A stretch of 64,000 nucleotides of DNA, taken from positions 3,776,001 to 3,840,000 of the forward strand of contig OZ242005.1 in assembly GCA_965204725.1 (NCBI GenBank), given 5' to 3'. The translations under genes and the position numbers were made by a program. This DNA is from Candidatus Latescibacterota bacterium. Lineage in GTDB: Bacteria > Latescibacterota > UBA2968 > UBA8231. This document shows positions 34,209 to 45,438 of the stretch, piece after piece. The first letter of the stretch is position 1, and the number at the start of each line of letters is the position of its first letter. Below the pieces are notes generated by a model, which was not told the DNA's origin, searched no databases, and worked only from the letters and a program-made list of their open reading frames with translations.

Positions 34209-34691
34209 ATGTCGAGAAAACTGGCTGTGTTGGTGTTGGCAGTGGGTCTGGTCGCCTGCGGTAGCGAGGAGGCGGAAAGACAGATCCTGATCGATTACGT
34301 AGAGCAGATGCAGAAACTAGACAACAAAAACAGGCAGGTTGTCGAGACCATTGAGCATTTGAGAAAACCGCTCTCCGAGATTGCTGAGCCGGACTTGGCT
34401 AAAGCGCGCCGACTCATCAACGACTATGTCACAGAGTTGAAAGGGCTCGTGCCAGACGATCTGGACTATAAAGAACTGCGCTTGGCCCACAACCTCTATG
34501 TCACAAAGGTAGCGGAAGCGATTCCACTGTCCGGGGACAAGGGCCGCGAGCTGCGGCGCGAAAAGAGCAACGTAGATATCGGGGTGCGCCACATTGAGAA
34601 GCTAACCAAACGGCATTACAAAGCTGTCGATATCTTATGGTTGCAGCGGAAGCTCACCGATCCCTATCCCCTCGCATGGCCTTCTAACTAA
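34209..34691 (+). CDS. Hypothetical lipoprotein
   Basis: LVAC lipobox; GGGAGG RBS. Confidence 0.75.
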   Translation: MSRKLAVLVLAVGLVACGSEEAERQILIDYVEQMQKLDNKNRQVVETIEHLRKPLSEIAEPDLAKARRLINDYVTELKGLVPDDLDYKELRLAHNLYVTKVAEAIPLSGDKGRELRREKSNVDIGVRHIEKLTKRHYKAVDILWLQRKLTDPYPLAWPSN

Positions 34692-34714
34692 CCGCATAAC
34701 CGCAATATCGCACG

Positions 34715-34751
34715 AAGAAAGCCCCCAGCCGCTCGTGGCCGGGGGCTTTTT
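34715..34751. terminator. Bidirectional intrinsic terminator
   Basis: AAAGCCCCC...GGGGGCTTTTT between convergent genes. Confidence 0.8.
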
Positions 34752-34756
34752 GCATT

Positions 34757-36235
34757 TCAGGAGGCCCGGTGGAACCAGTGCTGGCCGCTGGAGAGCAAGC
34801 CGGTGTAGAGAAAGCCGGCGTGGAAGAGCAGCAGGAAGGGCATCCCCAAGTACAGGCCGGTCGCGTAGGCGTGATAGACAGCGACGACGAGGTAGAGCGC
34901 CATGCCCAGTTCGCCCAAAGACAGCAGGGGCCAGCGGCTTAGGTACTTGCGCGGCTGGCCTCGGTCGCGGCGGCCGGTAAGCCCGTATTTGGGGGTGCGA
35001 AGGAAATCGGTTTGGTGCCCGACGAGCCCCTCGATCACCGCCCGGGTGTTGTTTATGCAGAGGCTCATGCCAATGGCCATCAGCATGGGCAAGTACTTGA
35101 TCTGCCGCGGCCAATCCGGGTAGAGCACGCGCTGGGAGGTAATGTAGAAGCCGGAAATGGCCATGGTGGCAAAAGAAAACAGCGGCAGATCGATGATAAA
35201 GAGCCGCTCCCAGCCGAGTTGCGAGCGAATGGAGAGCACCGGCAGGGTCAACAGGGCCATCAAGAACATCATGATATAGCAGAGGTTGGCCGTCAGATGA
35301 AAGGTGGCCTCGATCTTGATCTTGGCTGGGAGCGCGGCGTGCCAGATTTGCGGCAGCACCTTCTTGGCCGTCTGCACCGCGCCCTTGGTCCAGCGGTGTT
35401 GTTGCGACTTGAAGGCATTGATCTCAACAGGGATTTCGCCGGGCACTTCAATTTCGGGCAGGTAGCGAAACTGCCAGCCCGCTAGCTGGGCGCGGTAGCT
35501 CAAGTCGAGGTCTTCCGTGAGCGTATCGTGCTGCCAGCCGCCGGCGTCGTAGATGGCTTTTTTGCGCCAGATCCCGGCGGTGCCGTTGAAGTTGAAGAAG
35601 CGGCCCGAGCGGTTGCGGGCCGTGTGCTCAACGACGAAGTGCCCGTCGAGAAAGATCGACTGGATGCGCGTTAGGAGCGAGTAGGAGCGATTGAGATGCC
35701 CCCACCGCATTTGGACCATGCCGATGGAGTCGTCTGTAAAGTAGTGAATAGCCCGTTGTAAGATGTCGGGCGGGGGCACGAAATCGGCGTCGAGGACCAA
35801 CACGAATTCGCCCCGGGCGCGCGCTAGTCCAGCGGCCAGTGCTCCGGCCTTAAAGCCGTGGCGCTCGGTGCGGCCCATGTACTCGACCTCTAGCGCTTGG
35901 GCCGTCAGCCGCGCGGCCCCTTCCCGCGCCTTGTCGCGGGTTTCGTCCTGAGAATCGTCGAGGATCTGGATTTGCAAGCGGTCGCGGGGATAGTCAATCC
36001 GGCCCACGGCCTCTAGCAGGCGCTCGATTACGTGGTATTCGTTGTAGAGCGGTAACTGGACCGTGACGAAGGGCAGCTCGGCAAAGCGGCTGGGCTCGGG
36101 AATCGGGGTTGGGTGATGCCGATAAAACAGGCGCAGTAGCTGGTAGCGGTGGAAGCCGTACACCCCGAGAACGGCGATGATCATGCTGTACACCACCAGA
36201 CAAAGTACTTCCCAGAAGGCCATGTCGCTTGCCAC
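34757..36235 (-). CDS. GT2 glycosyltransferase (cellulose-synthase-like)
   Basis: QLPLYNE, LDDS, KAGAL, DADF, TEDLD, QQHRW (D,D,D,QxxRW). Confidence 0.92.
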   Translation of the reverse strand: MASDMAFWEVLCLVVYSMIIAVLGVYGFHRYQLLRLFYRHHPTPIPEPSRFAELPFVTVQLPLYNEYHVIERLLEAVGRIDYPRDRLQIQILDDSQDETRDKAREGAARLTAQALEVEYMGRTERHGFKAGALAAGLARARGEFVLVLDADFVPPPDILQRAIHYFTDDSIGMVQMRWGHLNRSYSLLTRIQSIFLDGHFVVEHTARNRSGRFFNFNGTAGIWRKKAIYDAGGWQHDTLTEDLDLSYRAQLAGWQFRYLPEIEVPGEIPVEINAFKSQQHRWTKGAVQTAKKVLPQIWHAALPAKIKIEATFHLTANLCYIMMFLMALLTLPVLSIRSQLGWERLFIIDLPLFSFATMAISGFYITSQRVLYPDWPRQIKYLPMLMAIGMSLCINNTRAVIEGLVGHQTDFLRTPKYGLTGRRDRGQPRKYLSRWPLLSLGELGMALYLVVAVYHAYATGLYLGMPFLLLFHAGFLYTGLLSSGQHWFHRAS

Positions 36236-36238
36236 CGC

Positions 36239-39200
36239 TCAGGCATTGATGCCGTGGCAGCGCTTGTACTTCTTGCCGCTGCCGCAGGGACAAGGGGCGT
36301 TGCGCCCCACCTTGGGCTGGTTGCGGACGACCGGCTGGCGCACGGCTCGGCCCTCGCTGCTGCCGCCGCCCGACCCGCGCAGTTGTGCGGGCCGGCTGGG
36401 GCCGCCCGTCGGGGCCGACTCGACGCCGCGAAAGCCCATATTGGTGGCGTCTTGGTGAACCGCGTTGATGCGGCCTAGCGAGGGGGCCGGTCCCAAAGCC
36501 TCGGGGCCGATGGCGATGCGGAGCTGGAAGAGGTTCCGCAGCGTCTCTTGGGCAATGCGGCCGATTAGGCTCTCAAACATGTCGTAGGCCCCCCGCTTGT
36601 ATTCTATGAGGGGGTTTTTCCCGCCGACGCCGACAAAACCGATCCCGTCCCTGAGCTCGTCAATTTCGTGAAGGTGCTCCTGCCAGCAAGTGTCGATGGT
36701 GCGCAGGGCGATGCTCTTTTCAACTTCGCGAAAAATCTCCTCGCCGACGGCGTCGATGCGGCGCTGATAGGCTTCGCGGACGATGGCGAGCAGCTGTTCG
36801 CGCAGGCCCTCGACGCTGGCTTCGGCCCGCTCGTCTGCGGAGATGGTGCAACCCAAAAAGAAGGTGCTGCCAAACTCGGTTTGCAGGCCCTCCCAATCCC
36901 AGTCCTCGGCTGGGCCGTCTGCATTGATGGACGAGGCCAAGATGCCATCGACGCTCTCTTCGATCATGTCCGCGATTTGCTCATAAGCGCTCTCTTGCTC
37001 TAAAAGGTCGCGCCGGCGGTTGTAGATGACTTGGCGCTGCTGGTTCATGACGTCGTCGTAGTCGAGCACGTGCTTGCGCATCTCAAAGTTGCGGGCCTCG
37101 ACCTTCTTTTGCGCCCGCTCAATCGACCGCGTGACCATGCCGGCCTCAATGACCTCGCCCTCTTCAGCCCCGAGCTTATCCATGACGGCGGCGATGCGCT
37201 CCGAGCCAAAGAGCCGCATGAGGTCGTCCTCGAGACACAAGTAGAAGCGCGAGGAACCGGGGTCGCCTTGGCGGCCCGAGCGGCCGCGCAACTGGCGATC
37301 GATGCGCCGCGCCTCGTGGCGCTCGGTGCCGATGACCTGTAAGCCGCAGGGGTTTTCTTGCAGATACTGGCGCAGGCCCTCGCCAGAAGGCAGCTTGTCG
37401 TCGAGCGTGAGGTCGGACTCAATGCTCTGGCGGTCGAGGTGAACTACCTTGGGGGCCAGCTTAATGTCCGTGCCGCGCCCGGCCATATTGGTGGCAATGG
37501 TGACGGCACCGGCTCGGCCCGCTTCGGCGACGATTTGGGCCTCTTTGTCGTGGTGGCGGGCGTTGAGCAACTGGTGCTTGATGCCGCGTCGGCTGAGCAT
37601 CCGGCTGAGCAGCTCGGAGACCTCGACCGAGATGGTGCCGACTAACACCGGCAGGTCGAGCGCATGCAGACGGTCAATTTCCTCGATGATCGCGTTGTAC
37701 TTCTCGCGCTTGGTGCGGAATATCTGGTCCTCTTGGTCAAAGCGGCGAATCGGGCGGTTGGTGGGGATGACGGCCACGTCGAGCTTGTAAATCTCCCACA
37801 GTTCGCTGGCCTCGGTCTCGGCCGTACCGGTCATGCCGGCCAACTTGTGATACATGCGGAAGAGATTCTGCACGGTTATGGAGGCTACCGTGCGGGTTTC
37901 GTCTTGTAGCGTCACCCCCTCTTTAGCCTCTATCGCTTGGTGTATCCCATCGGCAAAGCGCCGGCCGGGCTGCGGGCGGCCCGTGGCTTCATCGACGATG
38001 ACCACCCGCCCGTCTTCGGAGACGAGGTACTGCACATCCTTCTCAAAGAGGGTATAGGCTTTCATCAGTTGGTTGATGTTGTGGACCGCTTGGCTTTTCT
38101 CGGCGTACGTGCGGTGGGCGTCCTCCTCTTGGCGGGCCTTTTCCTCGGCATTTAGGTCTGGGGCGTTGCGGATCGCATCGACCTCAATGCTAATATCGGG
38201 CAGCACGAAGAGGGCCTGCTCATTGGGTGAGAGCAAGTCGCGCCCCTTCTCGGTTAAGTCGATGGTGTTGGCCTTCTCATCGACGACGAAGAAGAGATCC
38301 TCGTCGATCTCGTTGAGGCGCTTGTCGCGCATGTAATCGGCCTCGATCCGGTTGATCAGCCGCTTGACGCCTTCCTCTTGCAAAATTTTGGCCAACCGGC
38401 GATTGGTAGGAGCCCCTCGGGTGGCCTTGAGTAGTCCGATCCCGGTGTCGTAGTCGTATTCGCCCGTTTCCTTGCTCGTCTGCCCGGCTCCGGCGATGAT
38501 TTTGTTGACCAAGTTGGTTTGTGCCCTCATTAGCCGCTCCACGAGGGGGCGCATCTCTTTGTATTGATTGGTGGAGTCGGGGACCGCCCCGGAGAGAATG
38601 AGCGGCGTCCGCGCCTCGTCGATGAGGATCGAGTCGGCTTCATCGACGATGGCGTAGTTGAATTCGCGCTGCATCAGGTCTTCGAGCTGCACGGCCGTGT
38701 TGTCGCGAAGGTAATCAAAGCCGACTTGGCTGTGATTGGCGTACACAATATCGGCATTGTACGCGGCCTTGTGGTCGGTCTGTTTCCAGCGAAATTCCTC
38801 GGGGACGCCCTCGGGTGCTTGGAGCAAAAAGGCCTCGGCCCCGGTCTGAAACACATCTTGGATAATACCCACGGACATCCCCAAGAAATTGTATATCGGC
38901 CCCATCCACATGGCGTCGCGCCGGGCGAGGTATTCGTTGTGGGTGACGAGGTGAACCCCGCGTTGGGGTATGGCGTTGAGGAAGAGGGGCATCGTCGCCA
39001 CGAGGGTCTTGCCCTCGCCGGTAGCCATTTCGGCGATCTTGCCTTGGTGCAGCGAGATGCCGCCGAATATCTGGACATCGTAGGGCACCATGTCCCACTC
39101 CACGGACTCGCCGGCGCGGTCCCACGCGCGACCCAAGAGCCGGCGGCACGTCTCGACCACCATGGCGAAGGCTTCGGGCATGATTTCGTCGAGGAAGGCG

Positions 39201-39499
39201 ACTTCCACGTCGCGGATGGTTTTGTCTAGCTCGCCGTACTGGTCGTTGAGCTGCTCGCGCTCTTCGGGGACTAGATCGCCGCGCAGACGCGCTTCGATTG
39301 CTTCGAGCTGCTGGCGGCTGTCCGCGTTGCGCGTGCGTAGATCTTGGCGGAAAGTCGCGGTTTTGGCTTGCAGCTGAGCGTCGCTCAGGGATTGGTACGA
39401 AGCCGCTAGCTGACTGATCTGGCTCACTTGGGGCTGAGTGCGCTTGAACTGGCGCGTAGCCTGCGAACCAAAGAACTTTTTTACGAACAAGTTGAACAT
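36239..39499 (-). CDS. secA: Preprotein translocase ATPase SecA
   Basis: [31 protein letters not shown]-terminal [13 protein letters not shown]. Confidence 0.98.
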   Translation of the reverse strand: MFNLFVKKFFGSQATRQFKRTQPQVSQISQLAASYQSLSDAQLQAKTATFRQDLRTRNADSRQQLEAIEARLRGDLVPEEREQLNDQYGELDKTIRDVEVAFLDEIMPEAFAMVVETCRRLLGRAWDRAGESVEWDMVPYDVQIFGGISLHQGKIAEMATGEGKTLVATMPLFLNAIPQRGVHLVTHNEYLARRDAMWMGPIYNFLGMSVGIIQDVFQTGAEAFLLQAPEGVPEEFRWKQTDHKAAYNADIVYANHSQVGFDYLRDNTAVQLEDLMQREFNYAIVDEADSILIDEARTPLILSGAVPDSTNQYKEMRPLVERLMRAQTNLVNKIIAGAGQTSKETGEYDYDTGIGLLKATRGAPTNRRLAKILQEEGVKRLINRIEADYMRDKRLNEIDEDLFFVVDEKANTIDLTEKGRDLLSPNEQALFVLPDISIEVDAIRNAPDLNAEEKARQEEDAHRTYAEKSQAVHNINQLMKAYTLFEKDVQYLVSEDGRVVIVDEATGRPQPGRRFADGIHQAIEAKEGVTLQDETRTVASITVQNLFRMYHKLAGMTGTAETEASELWEIYKLDVAVIPTNRPIRRFDQEDQIFRTKREKYNAIIEEIDRLHALDLPVLVGTISVEVSELLSRMLSRRGIKHQLLNARHHDKEAQIVAEAGRAGAVTIATNMAGRGTDIKLAPKVVHLDRQSIESDLTLDDKLPSGEGLRQYLQENPCGLQVIGTERHEARRIDRQLRGRSGRQGDPGSSRFYLCLEDDLMRLFGSERIAAVMDKLGAEEGEVIEAGMVTRSIERAQKKVEARNFEMRKHVLDYDDVMNQQRQVIYNRRRDLLEQESAYEQIADMIEESVDGILASSINADGPAEDWDWEGLQTEFGSTFFLGCTISADERAEASVEGLREQLLAIVREAYQRRIDAVGEEIFREVEKSIALRTIDTCWQEHLHEIDELRDGIGFVGVGGKNPLIEYKRGAYDMFESLIGRIAQETLRNLFQLRIAIGPEALGPAPSLGRINAVHQDATNMGFRGVESAPTGGPSRPAQLRGSGGGSSEGRAVRQPVVRNQPKVGRNAPCPCGSGKKYKRCHGINA

Positions 39500-39530
39500 G
39501 CTAAATCCTCTTGAAACGAGTGCCAGAACC

Positions 39531-39998
39531 TCAGACGCTGAGTCCCTTCTGGCGCACGACGCCATCGAGGACGCCATTGACGAAGGCATAGGACTTGTCG
39601 GTGCTGTACGACTTGGCGAGTTCGATCGCTTCAGAAATGGAGACCCGGACGGGAATTTCCTCGATAAAGAGCATTTCGGCCAAGGCCAAGCGCAGGATTA
39701 AGCGATCGATGCGGGCGACGCGCTCCCAGCGCCAGTGCTGGACCCGGGCCGCTGCCAGCGCGTCCAATTCGGCCGCATGTTCGGCCGCGCGACGCAAGAG
39801 TTCGGCCGCAAAGGATTGCACCTCCTGCGCCAAGCCAAAGCGCACGCAGAGCTGATCGAGTGCGCCGAGTGAATCGGCCTGTGCGCTCTGCTCCCAGTAC
39901 AGAGCCTGCAAGGCCACTTGGCGGGCGCCGTGGCGGTTGTTGGGAGGTGCCTCGTCGGCCGAGGTTCCATCGCCAAAAAAATCGTCTTCGCCGCTCAT
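39531..39998 (-). CDS. nusB: Transcription antitermination factor NusB
   Basis: [35 protein letters not shown]. Confidence 0.95.
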   Translation of the reverse strand: MSGEDDFFGDGTSADEAPPNNRHGARQVALQALYWEQSAQADSLGALDQLCVRFGLAQEVQSFAAELLRRAAEHAAELDALAAARVQHWRWERVARIDRLILRLALAEMLFIEEIPVRVSISEAIELAKSYSTDKSYAFVNGVLDGVVRQKGLSV

Positions 39999-40462
39999 CC
40001 CAACTCGGCCATCAAGCTGGCCATTTCAACCGCATTGAGGGCCGCGTCCCAGCCGCGATTGCCGGCCTTGACGCCGGCGCGCTGCACGGCCTGCTCAACG
40101 GTGTCGGCCGTGATGACGCCAAAGATCACCGGAATGCCGCTGTCGAGGCCGACGCGGGCGATGCCCTTGGCCGACTCGCCAGCCACGTAGTCGAAGTGGG
40201 GAGTATCGCTGCGGACGATGGCCCCCAGACAGATGACGACGTCAAAGCGCCCCAAACTCGCCAACTTCTTGGCGGCAATGGGCAACTCAAAGGCCCCAGG
40301 AACCCAAGCGATCTCAATGTCGCTGCCGTCGCCCCCGTGTCGCTGGATGCAGTCCAACGCGCCATCGAGGAGCCGGGTGGTCACCAAGTCGTTGAAGCGG
40401 CTGACCGCAATGCCGAACCTGCGACCTCGGGCGTCGAGCTGTCCTTCATGCACTTTTGGCAT
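39995..40462 (-). CDS. ribH: Lumazine synthase
   Basis: [25 protein letters not shown]. Confidence 0.97.
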   Translation of the reverse strand: MPKVHEGQLDARGRRFGIAVSRFNDLVTTRLLDGALDCIQRHGGDGSDIEIAWVPGAFELPIAAKKLASLGRFDVVICLGAIVRSDTPHFDYVAGESAKGIARVGLDSGIPVIFGVITADTVEQAVQRAGVKAGNRGWDAALNAVEMASLMAELG

Positions 40463-40465
40463 CGT

Positions 40466-41695
40466 TTAGTCCTCAGCGGCTGCGCACTTGAGCAAGAGGG
40501 CGTGGCCCATCTTGTCGCGCTTGGTTGTTAGGTAGCGGATATTGTGCGGGTTGGGAGCGGCCTCAATAGGCACTTGCTCAACGACGGTTAGGCCGTAGGC
40601 CTCCAAGCCGACCCGCTTCTTGGGATTGTTGGTCAAAAAGCGCACTCGGCGCAATCCTAGATCGTAGAGCACTTGGGCACCAATGCCGTAGTCGCGCGAG
40701 TCCATGGGGTGGCCGAGGGCGTGGTTGGCCTCAATGGTGTCGAGCCCCTGTTGCTGTTGCAACTCATAAGCCTTGAGCTTGTGCAAAATGCCGATGCCGC
40801 GCCCTTCGTGGTGCTGGATATAGACGATGACGCCGCGTCCCTCGGCCGCAATGAGTTGCATGGATTGCGTGAGCTGTTCGCCGCAGTCGCATAGCAGTGA
40901 GCCGAGCGCGTCGCCCGTCAGACAACCGGAGTGCATGCGGACCAAGGTGTCGCGGCCATCGGCGACCTCGCCGTACACGAAAGCAAGGTACGGGTTGTCG
41001 TCCACCAAGCTGCGGTACGCATAGGCCGTGAATTCGCCGTAGCGGGTTGGCATGGGCGACTGAGCCTCTAGATGGATCAGTTTCTCGGTGCGGCGGCGAT
41101 GGGCAATGAGGTCGTGGATGGTGGTAATTTTGCAGCCGTGTTCGCGGGCGAAGCCGAGCAAGTAGGATGCGTCGGCCAGTGCCCCGGCTTCGTCGAGGAT
41201 GGCGGCGATCAAGGCCACGGGCTGGCAATCGGCCATCTGGGCCAAATCAACCGCGGCTTCAGTGTGCCCGGCGCGGCGCAACACCCCGCCCGGTTGGGCT
41301 TGGAGCGGCGTGACGTGCCCCGGCTGGACGAAGTCTTCGGGGACGCTGTTGGGATCGGCTAGTTTGCGAATAGTCGTAGCGCGGTCCTGAGCCGAAACGC
41401 CGGTGCCCTCCATGGCGCGGGCATTGACCGAGACCATGATCGAGGCGTCTAGAGGCTCGTGGGCCTTGGAGACCTGTAGGTGTAGTTCGAGGGCTTTGAG
41501 ATGCTCCCTAGCGGCGGCGACTACGGGCGGGCTGCTAGCACAGCGCGTCATGAAGTTGACTGAGGTGGCAGTGGCCCGCTCGGCGAGCATTACCAGTACG
41601 CCCTCGCCCACGGCTTCGCACTCGTCAACGAGCACGACCATGCGGCCGTTTTGCAGGTCTTCGACCACCTCTTCAATGGTATTGAAATCGAGCAT
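40466..41695 (-). CDS. ribBA: RibBA-like fusion: GTP cyclohydrolase II plus degenerate DHBP-synthase domain
   Basis: RMHSGCLTGD..GSLLCDCG, EGRGIG, TNNPKK; N-terminal PGH and GHTEA motifs but altered acidic loop. Confidence 0.9.
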   Translation of the reverse strand: MLDFNTIEEVVEDLQNGRMVVLVDECEAVGEGVLVMLAERATATSVNFMTRCASSPPVVAAAREHLKALELHLQVSKAHEPLDASIMVSVNARAMEGTGVSAQDRATTIRKLADPNSVPEDFVQPGHVTPLQAQPGGVLRRAGHTEAAVDLAQMADCQPVALIAAILDEAGALADASYLLGFAREHGCKITTIHDLIAHRRRTEKLIHLEAQSPMPTRYGEFTAYAYRSLVDDNPYLAFVYGEVADGRDTLVRMHSGCLTGDALGSLLCDCGEQLTQSMQLIAAEGRGVIVYIQHHEGRGIGILHKLKAYELQQQQGLDTIEANHALGHPMDSRDYGIGAQVLYDLGLRRVRFLTNNPKKRVGLEAYGLTVVEQVPIEAAPNPHNIRYLTTKRDKMGHALLLKCAAAED

Positions 41696-41698
41696 TGC

Positions 41699-42328
41699 TC
41701 AGTATCCCATATCGCGCAAGTTCTCAAAGCTGAGTTGGGGTTTGTCGCCGAGCAAACGCTCGACATAGCGGGCGATCACATCCACTTCGAGGTTGACAGA
41801 ATCGCCGGTGCGCCGGTGGCTAAGCGTTGTATTAGCAAATGTATGCGGTATGACCGCAACCGTAAAGGCATCGCCGCTGACCTCGGCCACCGTCAGGCTG
41901 ATGCCGTCGAGGGCCACCGAGCCTTTGGCGGCGATGTAGCGGGCGAGCGCGGGCGGCGGCTCGATCTCGAAGCGATGCTCTTGGTCGCGCTCCGTGCGCC
42001 GGCGAATGCGGGCTACGCCATCAACGTGCCCCAAGACGAGGTGACCGTCGAGCCGCTGGTCGGCGCGGAGGGCGCGCTCTAGGTTGACGGCTTGCCCGAT
42101 GGCGAGGATGCCCAAGGTCGTGCGGGCGAGCGTTTCGGGGACCGTCTCGACCGCAAAGCCGCCCTCTGTGATGGTCACGACCGTCTGGCAAACCCCGTCG
42201 ATATTGACGCTGTCCCCCACCTGCAAGCCGGGGAGAACGCGCTCGGCCTCAATCTCCAACTGCTGGAACAGGCCTCGGCGCGCGCGGCCGCGCACCCTTC
42301 CCAGTTCTTCTATGAGTCCGGTGAACAA
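41699..42328 (-). CDS. ribE: Riboflavin synthase
   Basis: MFTGLIEE, DGVCQTV, GHLVLGHVD, NLEVD. Confidence 0.96.
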   Translation of the reverse strand: MFTGLIEELGRVRGRARRGLFQQLEIEAERVLPGLQVGDSVNIDGVCQTVVTITEGGFAVETVPETLARTTLGILAIGQAVNLERALRADQRLDGHLVLGHVDGVARIRRRTERDQEHRFEIEPPPALARYIAAKGSVALDGISLTVAEVSGDAFTVAVIPHTFANTTLSHRRTGDSVNLEVDVIARYVERLLGDKPQLSFENLRDMGY

Positions 42329-43407
42329 GTATATCGTACCTCAGCCGTGTAGAGCAGATCGGGACCGAGCCGCTGGGTGCGGCTGGACGCCAAGTGAATG
42401 GCCTCGGCTGCGCGTTCGATCCCCAAGTCGCCAATGGCAGCAACGCCTTCGCCCATCAGTCGCGGTGCGAGGTAGAGCAGGACTTGGTCGACGACGCGGT
42501 CGCTGAGTGCGGCCGCGGCCAACTGGCCACCGCCTTCAATGAGGACGCTGGTCATGCCCTCGCGCGCCATGCGTCCAAGCGGTTGGCGCAAGTCAATGCG
42601 CCCGGCAGCCGCCGGAAAAGTCCAAACCTCGGCTCCTTGGGCCGCGTAGGCTCGGCACTGGTCGGCGGGCGCGTCCTGTGCGGTGACGAGCACGGCACCG
42701 GGCCGCTGATAGACGCGCGCCTCGGGTGAAGTGCGCAAGCGACCGTCTATGACGATGGGCCGCGGATCGCGCCCGGGGACGTGGCGCACCGTCAGGAGGG
42801 GGTCGTCGGCTTGCACTGTGCCCGCGCCTACGGCTACGGCATCGACCCAAGAGCGCCAGCGGTGGACGTGACGCCGCGCTCGGGTGCCCGTGATCCAACG
42901 CGCATCGCCGCTGCGGGCCGCAATGCGACCATCGAGGGTCTGCGCGAGCTTGAGCAAGACCCAAGGCAGGTTTTGGGTGCGGTGTTTGATGTACGCTGCG
43001 TTGAGGCGGCGCGCCTCTTCAGCGCAAAGCCCGACTTCAACGACAACGCCTTTTTCCCGCAGCGCGGCGATTCCCCGCCCGGCCACCCGCTCGTCGGGGT
43101 CTTCCAGCGCACAGTAGAGCCTTTTAATGCCCGCGTGCAGCACGGCTTCGGTGCAGGGTGGGGTGCGGCCGTGGAAGGAGCAGGGCTCCAGCGTGACATA
43201 GAGATCGGCCCCCCGCGCCTCGGCCCCGGCCCCGCGCAGGGCGTGGACCTCGGCGTGGGAGCCGCCGACCTGCAAGTGGGCCCCTTCGCCGACGATGCGG
43301 TCCCCGCGCACCACAACCGCGCCGACCAAGGGATTAGGGCTAACCTTGCCTCGCCCTCGTTGCGCCAACCGCAGGGCGCGGCGCATGTATTGCGCGGGTG
43401 CGTTCAC
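42310..43407 (-). CDS. ribD: Bifunctional pyrimidine deaminase/reductase
   Basis: PNPLVGAV, HAEV, TLEPC..HGRTPPC, EGGG. Confidence 0.96.
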   Translation of the reverse strand: MNAPAQYMRRALRLAQRGRGKVSPNPLVGAVVVRGDRIVGEGAHLQVGGSHAEVHALRGAGAEARGADLYVTLEPCSFHGRTPPCTEAVLHAGIKRLYCALEDPDERVAGRGIAALREKGVVVEVGLCAEEARRLNAAYIKHRTQNLPWVLLKLAQTLDGRIAARSGDARWITGTRARRHVHRWRSWVDAVAVGAGTVQADDPLLTVRHVPGRDPRPIVIDGRLRTSPEARVYQRPGAVLVTAQDAPADQCRAYAAQGAEVWTFPAAAGRIDLRQPLGRMAREGMTSVLIEGGGQLAAAALSDRVVDQVLLYLAPRLMGEGVAAIGDLGIERAAEAIHLASSRTQRLGPDLLYTAEVRYTCSPDS

Positions 43408-45434
43408 TTGACTTGGACGACGATTTGCCGCACGCCGATGTTGTCGAGGGCGTCGATGGCCTGCACGACAATGACGTGCTCGCCCGACGCCAGCCCTTCA
43501 ACGGCAAAGCGCGCCTTTTCGCCGCGGCTGTCAAAGACGCCGTCCAACGGCGCGATGGGGTGCTGTTGTTCGTCGTAATCAATGGTGTAATAGGCTTTTT
43601 GCACCGCTGAGATGCGGTCGCTAATCGCCACTTCAACGACCGCTCCAGCGGCGTTGGTCTGCGCGTCGAGTTCAACGGTGGGCGGGCTGTTGTCGATGGC
43701 GAAGGGTGCGCTTTCGCGCTCGTCGCGCAAGCGTTCGGCCGCTGAGTTGTCTAGGCGATCGGAGGCGACCAGCTTGAGCTGGGTTTGGCCTTCGGGCATG
43801 GATTCGGTATCCCAGACAACCGAGGTTTGCGCGATGTTTTCTTCGACCAACTTCCACGCTTGCTGCCCCTCGCCTTTGAGATAGAGGTCGTACACCAGCC
43901 CGTCCTCGTTGGGGTCTTGAGCTTGCCAGCGCACTAGGCGCAGGCTCTTGGCATGAGGGGGACGGTTGTTGCGCCGCCCTTGGCCCGCTTGAGGGACGCC
44001 TTGGGATTGGCCGCCGTTGCCGGATTGTTGGGGCCGGAAGGGAAAGGTTTGCAGCTCGGTAATGCGGGGCTTGAGGTTGACTTGGACGCCGCGGATTTCA
44101 ATGGAACTGAGTCGGGGCGTGGCCTCGTCGTGGGTGGATTCCATCTCGACCCGGTATTGGATAAAGCGAGCGGGGGGGCTGGTGATGGTTTGGCCGCTCT
44201 CGGTCAGGGGCTCGGACCACGCGCTCCAAGTTTTGTCCGGCACCTCGCTGTTGCCGGTGCGCGTCTGCACGGTTAGGCGGGTGTCTGTGGGTTGGGTGCC
44301 GCGCCATTCGAGCGCACCCCACCGCGCGTGGATGGCAAAGTCCTCGACCGCTGATTCAAAGTGCCCACTGCGGCGGCCCGTCCCGGGCAGGACGGAGACG
44401 ACGGCTTTTTGCGCCCCGCCCAAATAGAGCGTGCCCCTTGGCCCGAACAAAAGGCGGCTGGGAACGAAGCTCTCGAATTGCACGACCAACGCCCGGCGGC
44501 CATCGGCACTCAGGCGCGAAAGCCGCGCCGGGCTAGCGGTGCTGAGCATCAGGTGTTCGCCGGCGGCAACGAGGCGGACGGACTGGGTTTCGGCGTCCTC
44601 CCAGATGGGATAGACCGCCCCCTCCGCGCCGACTCGGTACACGGCTGCTTGGCCCTTGTGGGAGTTTTCGCCGTTGCTCGGCGCGGGAATCGCGCTGGCG
44701 AAAATTTTTCCGTTGGCACCGGCCACTAGGTTGTGAATTTCTTCTTGCTCGCTTTCAAAGAGCAGCCGCCCGCGGCCCTCGCCATCGAGCGCGTAAATGC
44801 GGCCCTTGTCGGCCGTGCCGGCGTACAGGCGATCATCGTGGACGAGCAGCGTTATGACATGGCGATCTTCAGGAGCAAAAAAGACCTCGTGCGACCCATC
44901 GTTGGCGATTTTGAGCACTCGGCCGGGATCGCCCGTGGCCGCGTAGAGCTGGCCGTCCATTAGGGCGAAGTCCCACACGTAGTGGCTGCCGGTCTGGAGC
45001 AGGGTTTCGGCCGGCCCCTCGCCGTCGAGCGCGTAGATTAGGCCATCGGGGGCCGAGCCCGCGTAGAGCCGACCATCAGGGCCGACGATCAGGGCGTGGA
45101 GGACGAGTTCGGGCGAGTCGAACAGCAACTCGGCTTGCCCCTCGTCATCAACGGCAAAGAGCCGGCCCGAGTCGCCGGTGCCCACGTAAATTCCCCCTTT
45201 GGGGTTGGGGACTATGGACCAGACGCGCTCGGCGTCTAATGACGCGAGCTCGACGAGCGCGGGCGCGAGCGCGAGCGTGCCGTCTGCGGCAATGGAGATG
45301 CCTTCGCTCTCGCCTTGGGCGAAGTCGTCGTACGCGTGCTGCTTCCAAGCCTTGGTACGCCCCGCGTCGGTCGCGCTGGCCGCCAACAGGAGCAAGAAAA
45401 ACGAAAACAGGGCTGGGGTCGTAGTACGTATCAT
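43404..45434 (-). CDS. Secreted beta-propeller/Ig-domain hypothetical protein
   Basis: Signal peptide; IYVGTG, LYAGSAPDG repeats; TRTGN..PD..WS.WS; DNSPP. Confidence 0.75.
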   Translation of the reverse strand: MIRTTTPALFSFFLLLLAASATDAGRTKAWKQHAYDDFAQGESEGISIAADGTLALAPALVELASLDAERVWSIVPNPKGGIYVGTGDSGRLFAVDDEGQAELLFDSPELVLHALIVGPDGRLYAGSAPDGLIYALDGEGPAETLLQTGSHYVWDFALMDGQLYAATGDPGRVLKIANDGSHEVFFAPEDRHVITLLVHDDRLYAGTADKGRIYALDGEGRGRLLFESEQEEIHNLVAGANGKIFASAIPAPSNGENSHKGQAAVYRVGAEGAVYPIWEDAETQSVRLVAAGEHLMLSTASPARLSRLSADGRRALVVQFESFVPSRLLFGPRGTLYLGGAQKAVVSVLPGTGRRSGHFESAVEDFAIHARWGALEWRGTQPTDTRLTVQTRTGNSEVPDKTWSAWSEPLTESGQTITSPPARFIQYRVEMESTHDEATPRLSSIEIRGVQVNLKPRITELQTFPFRPQQSGNGGQSQGVPQAGQGRRNNRPPHAKSLRLVRWQAQDPNEDGLVYDLYLKGEGQQAWKLVEENIAQTSVVWDTESMPEGQTQLKLVASDRLDNSAAERLRDERESAPFAIDNSPPTVELDAQTNAAGAVVEVAISDRISAVQKAYYTIDYDEQQHPIAPLDGVFDSRGEKARFAVEGLASGEHVIVVQAIDALDNIGVRQIVVQVK

Positions 45435-45438
45435 TGGA

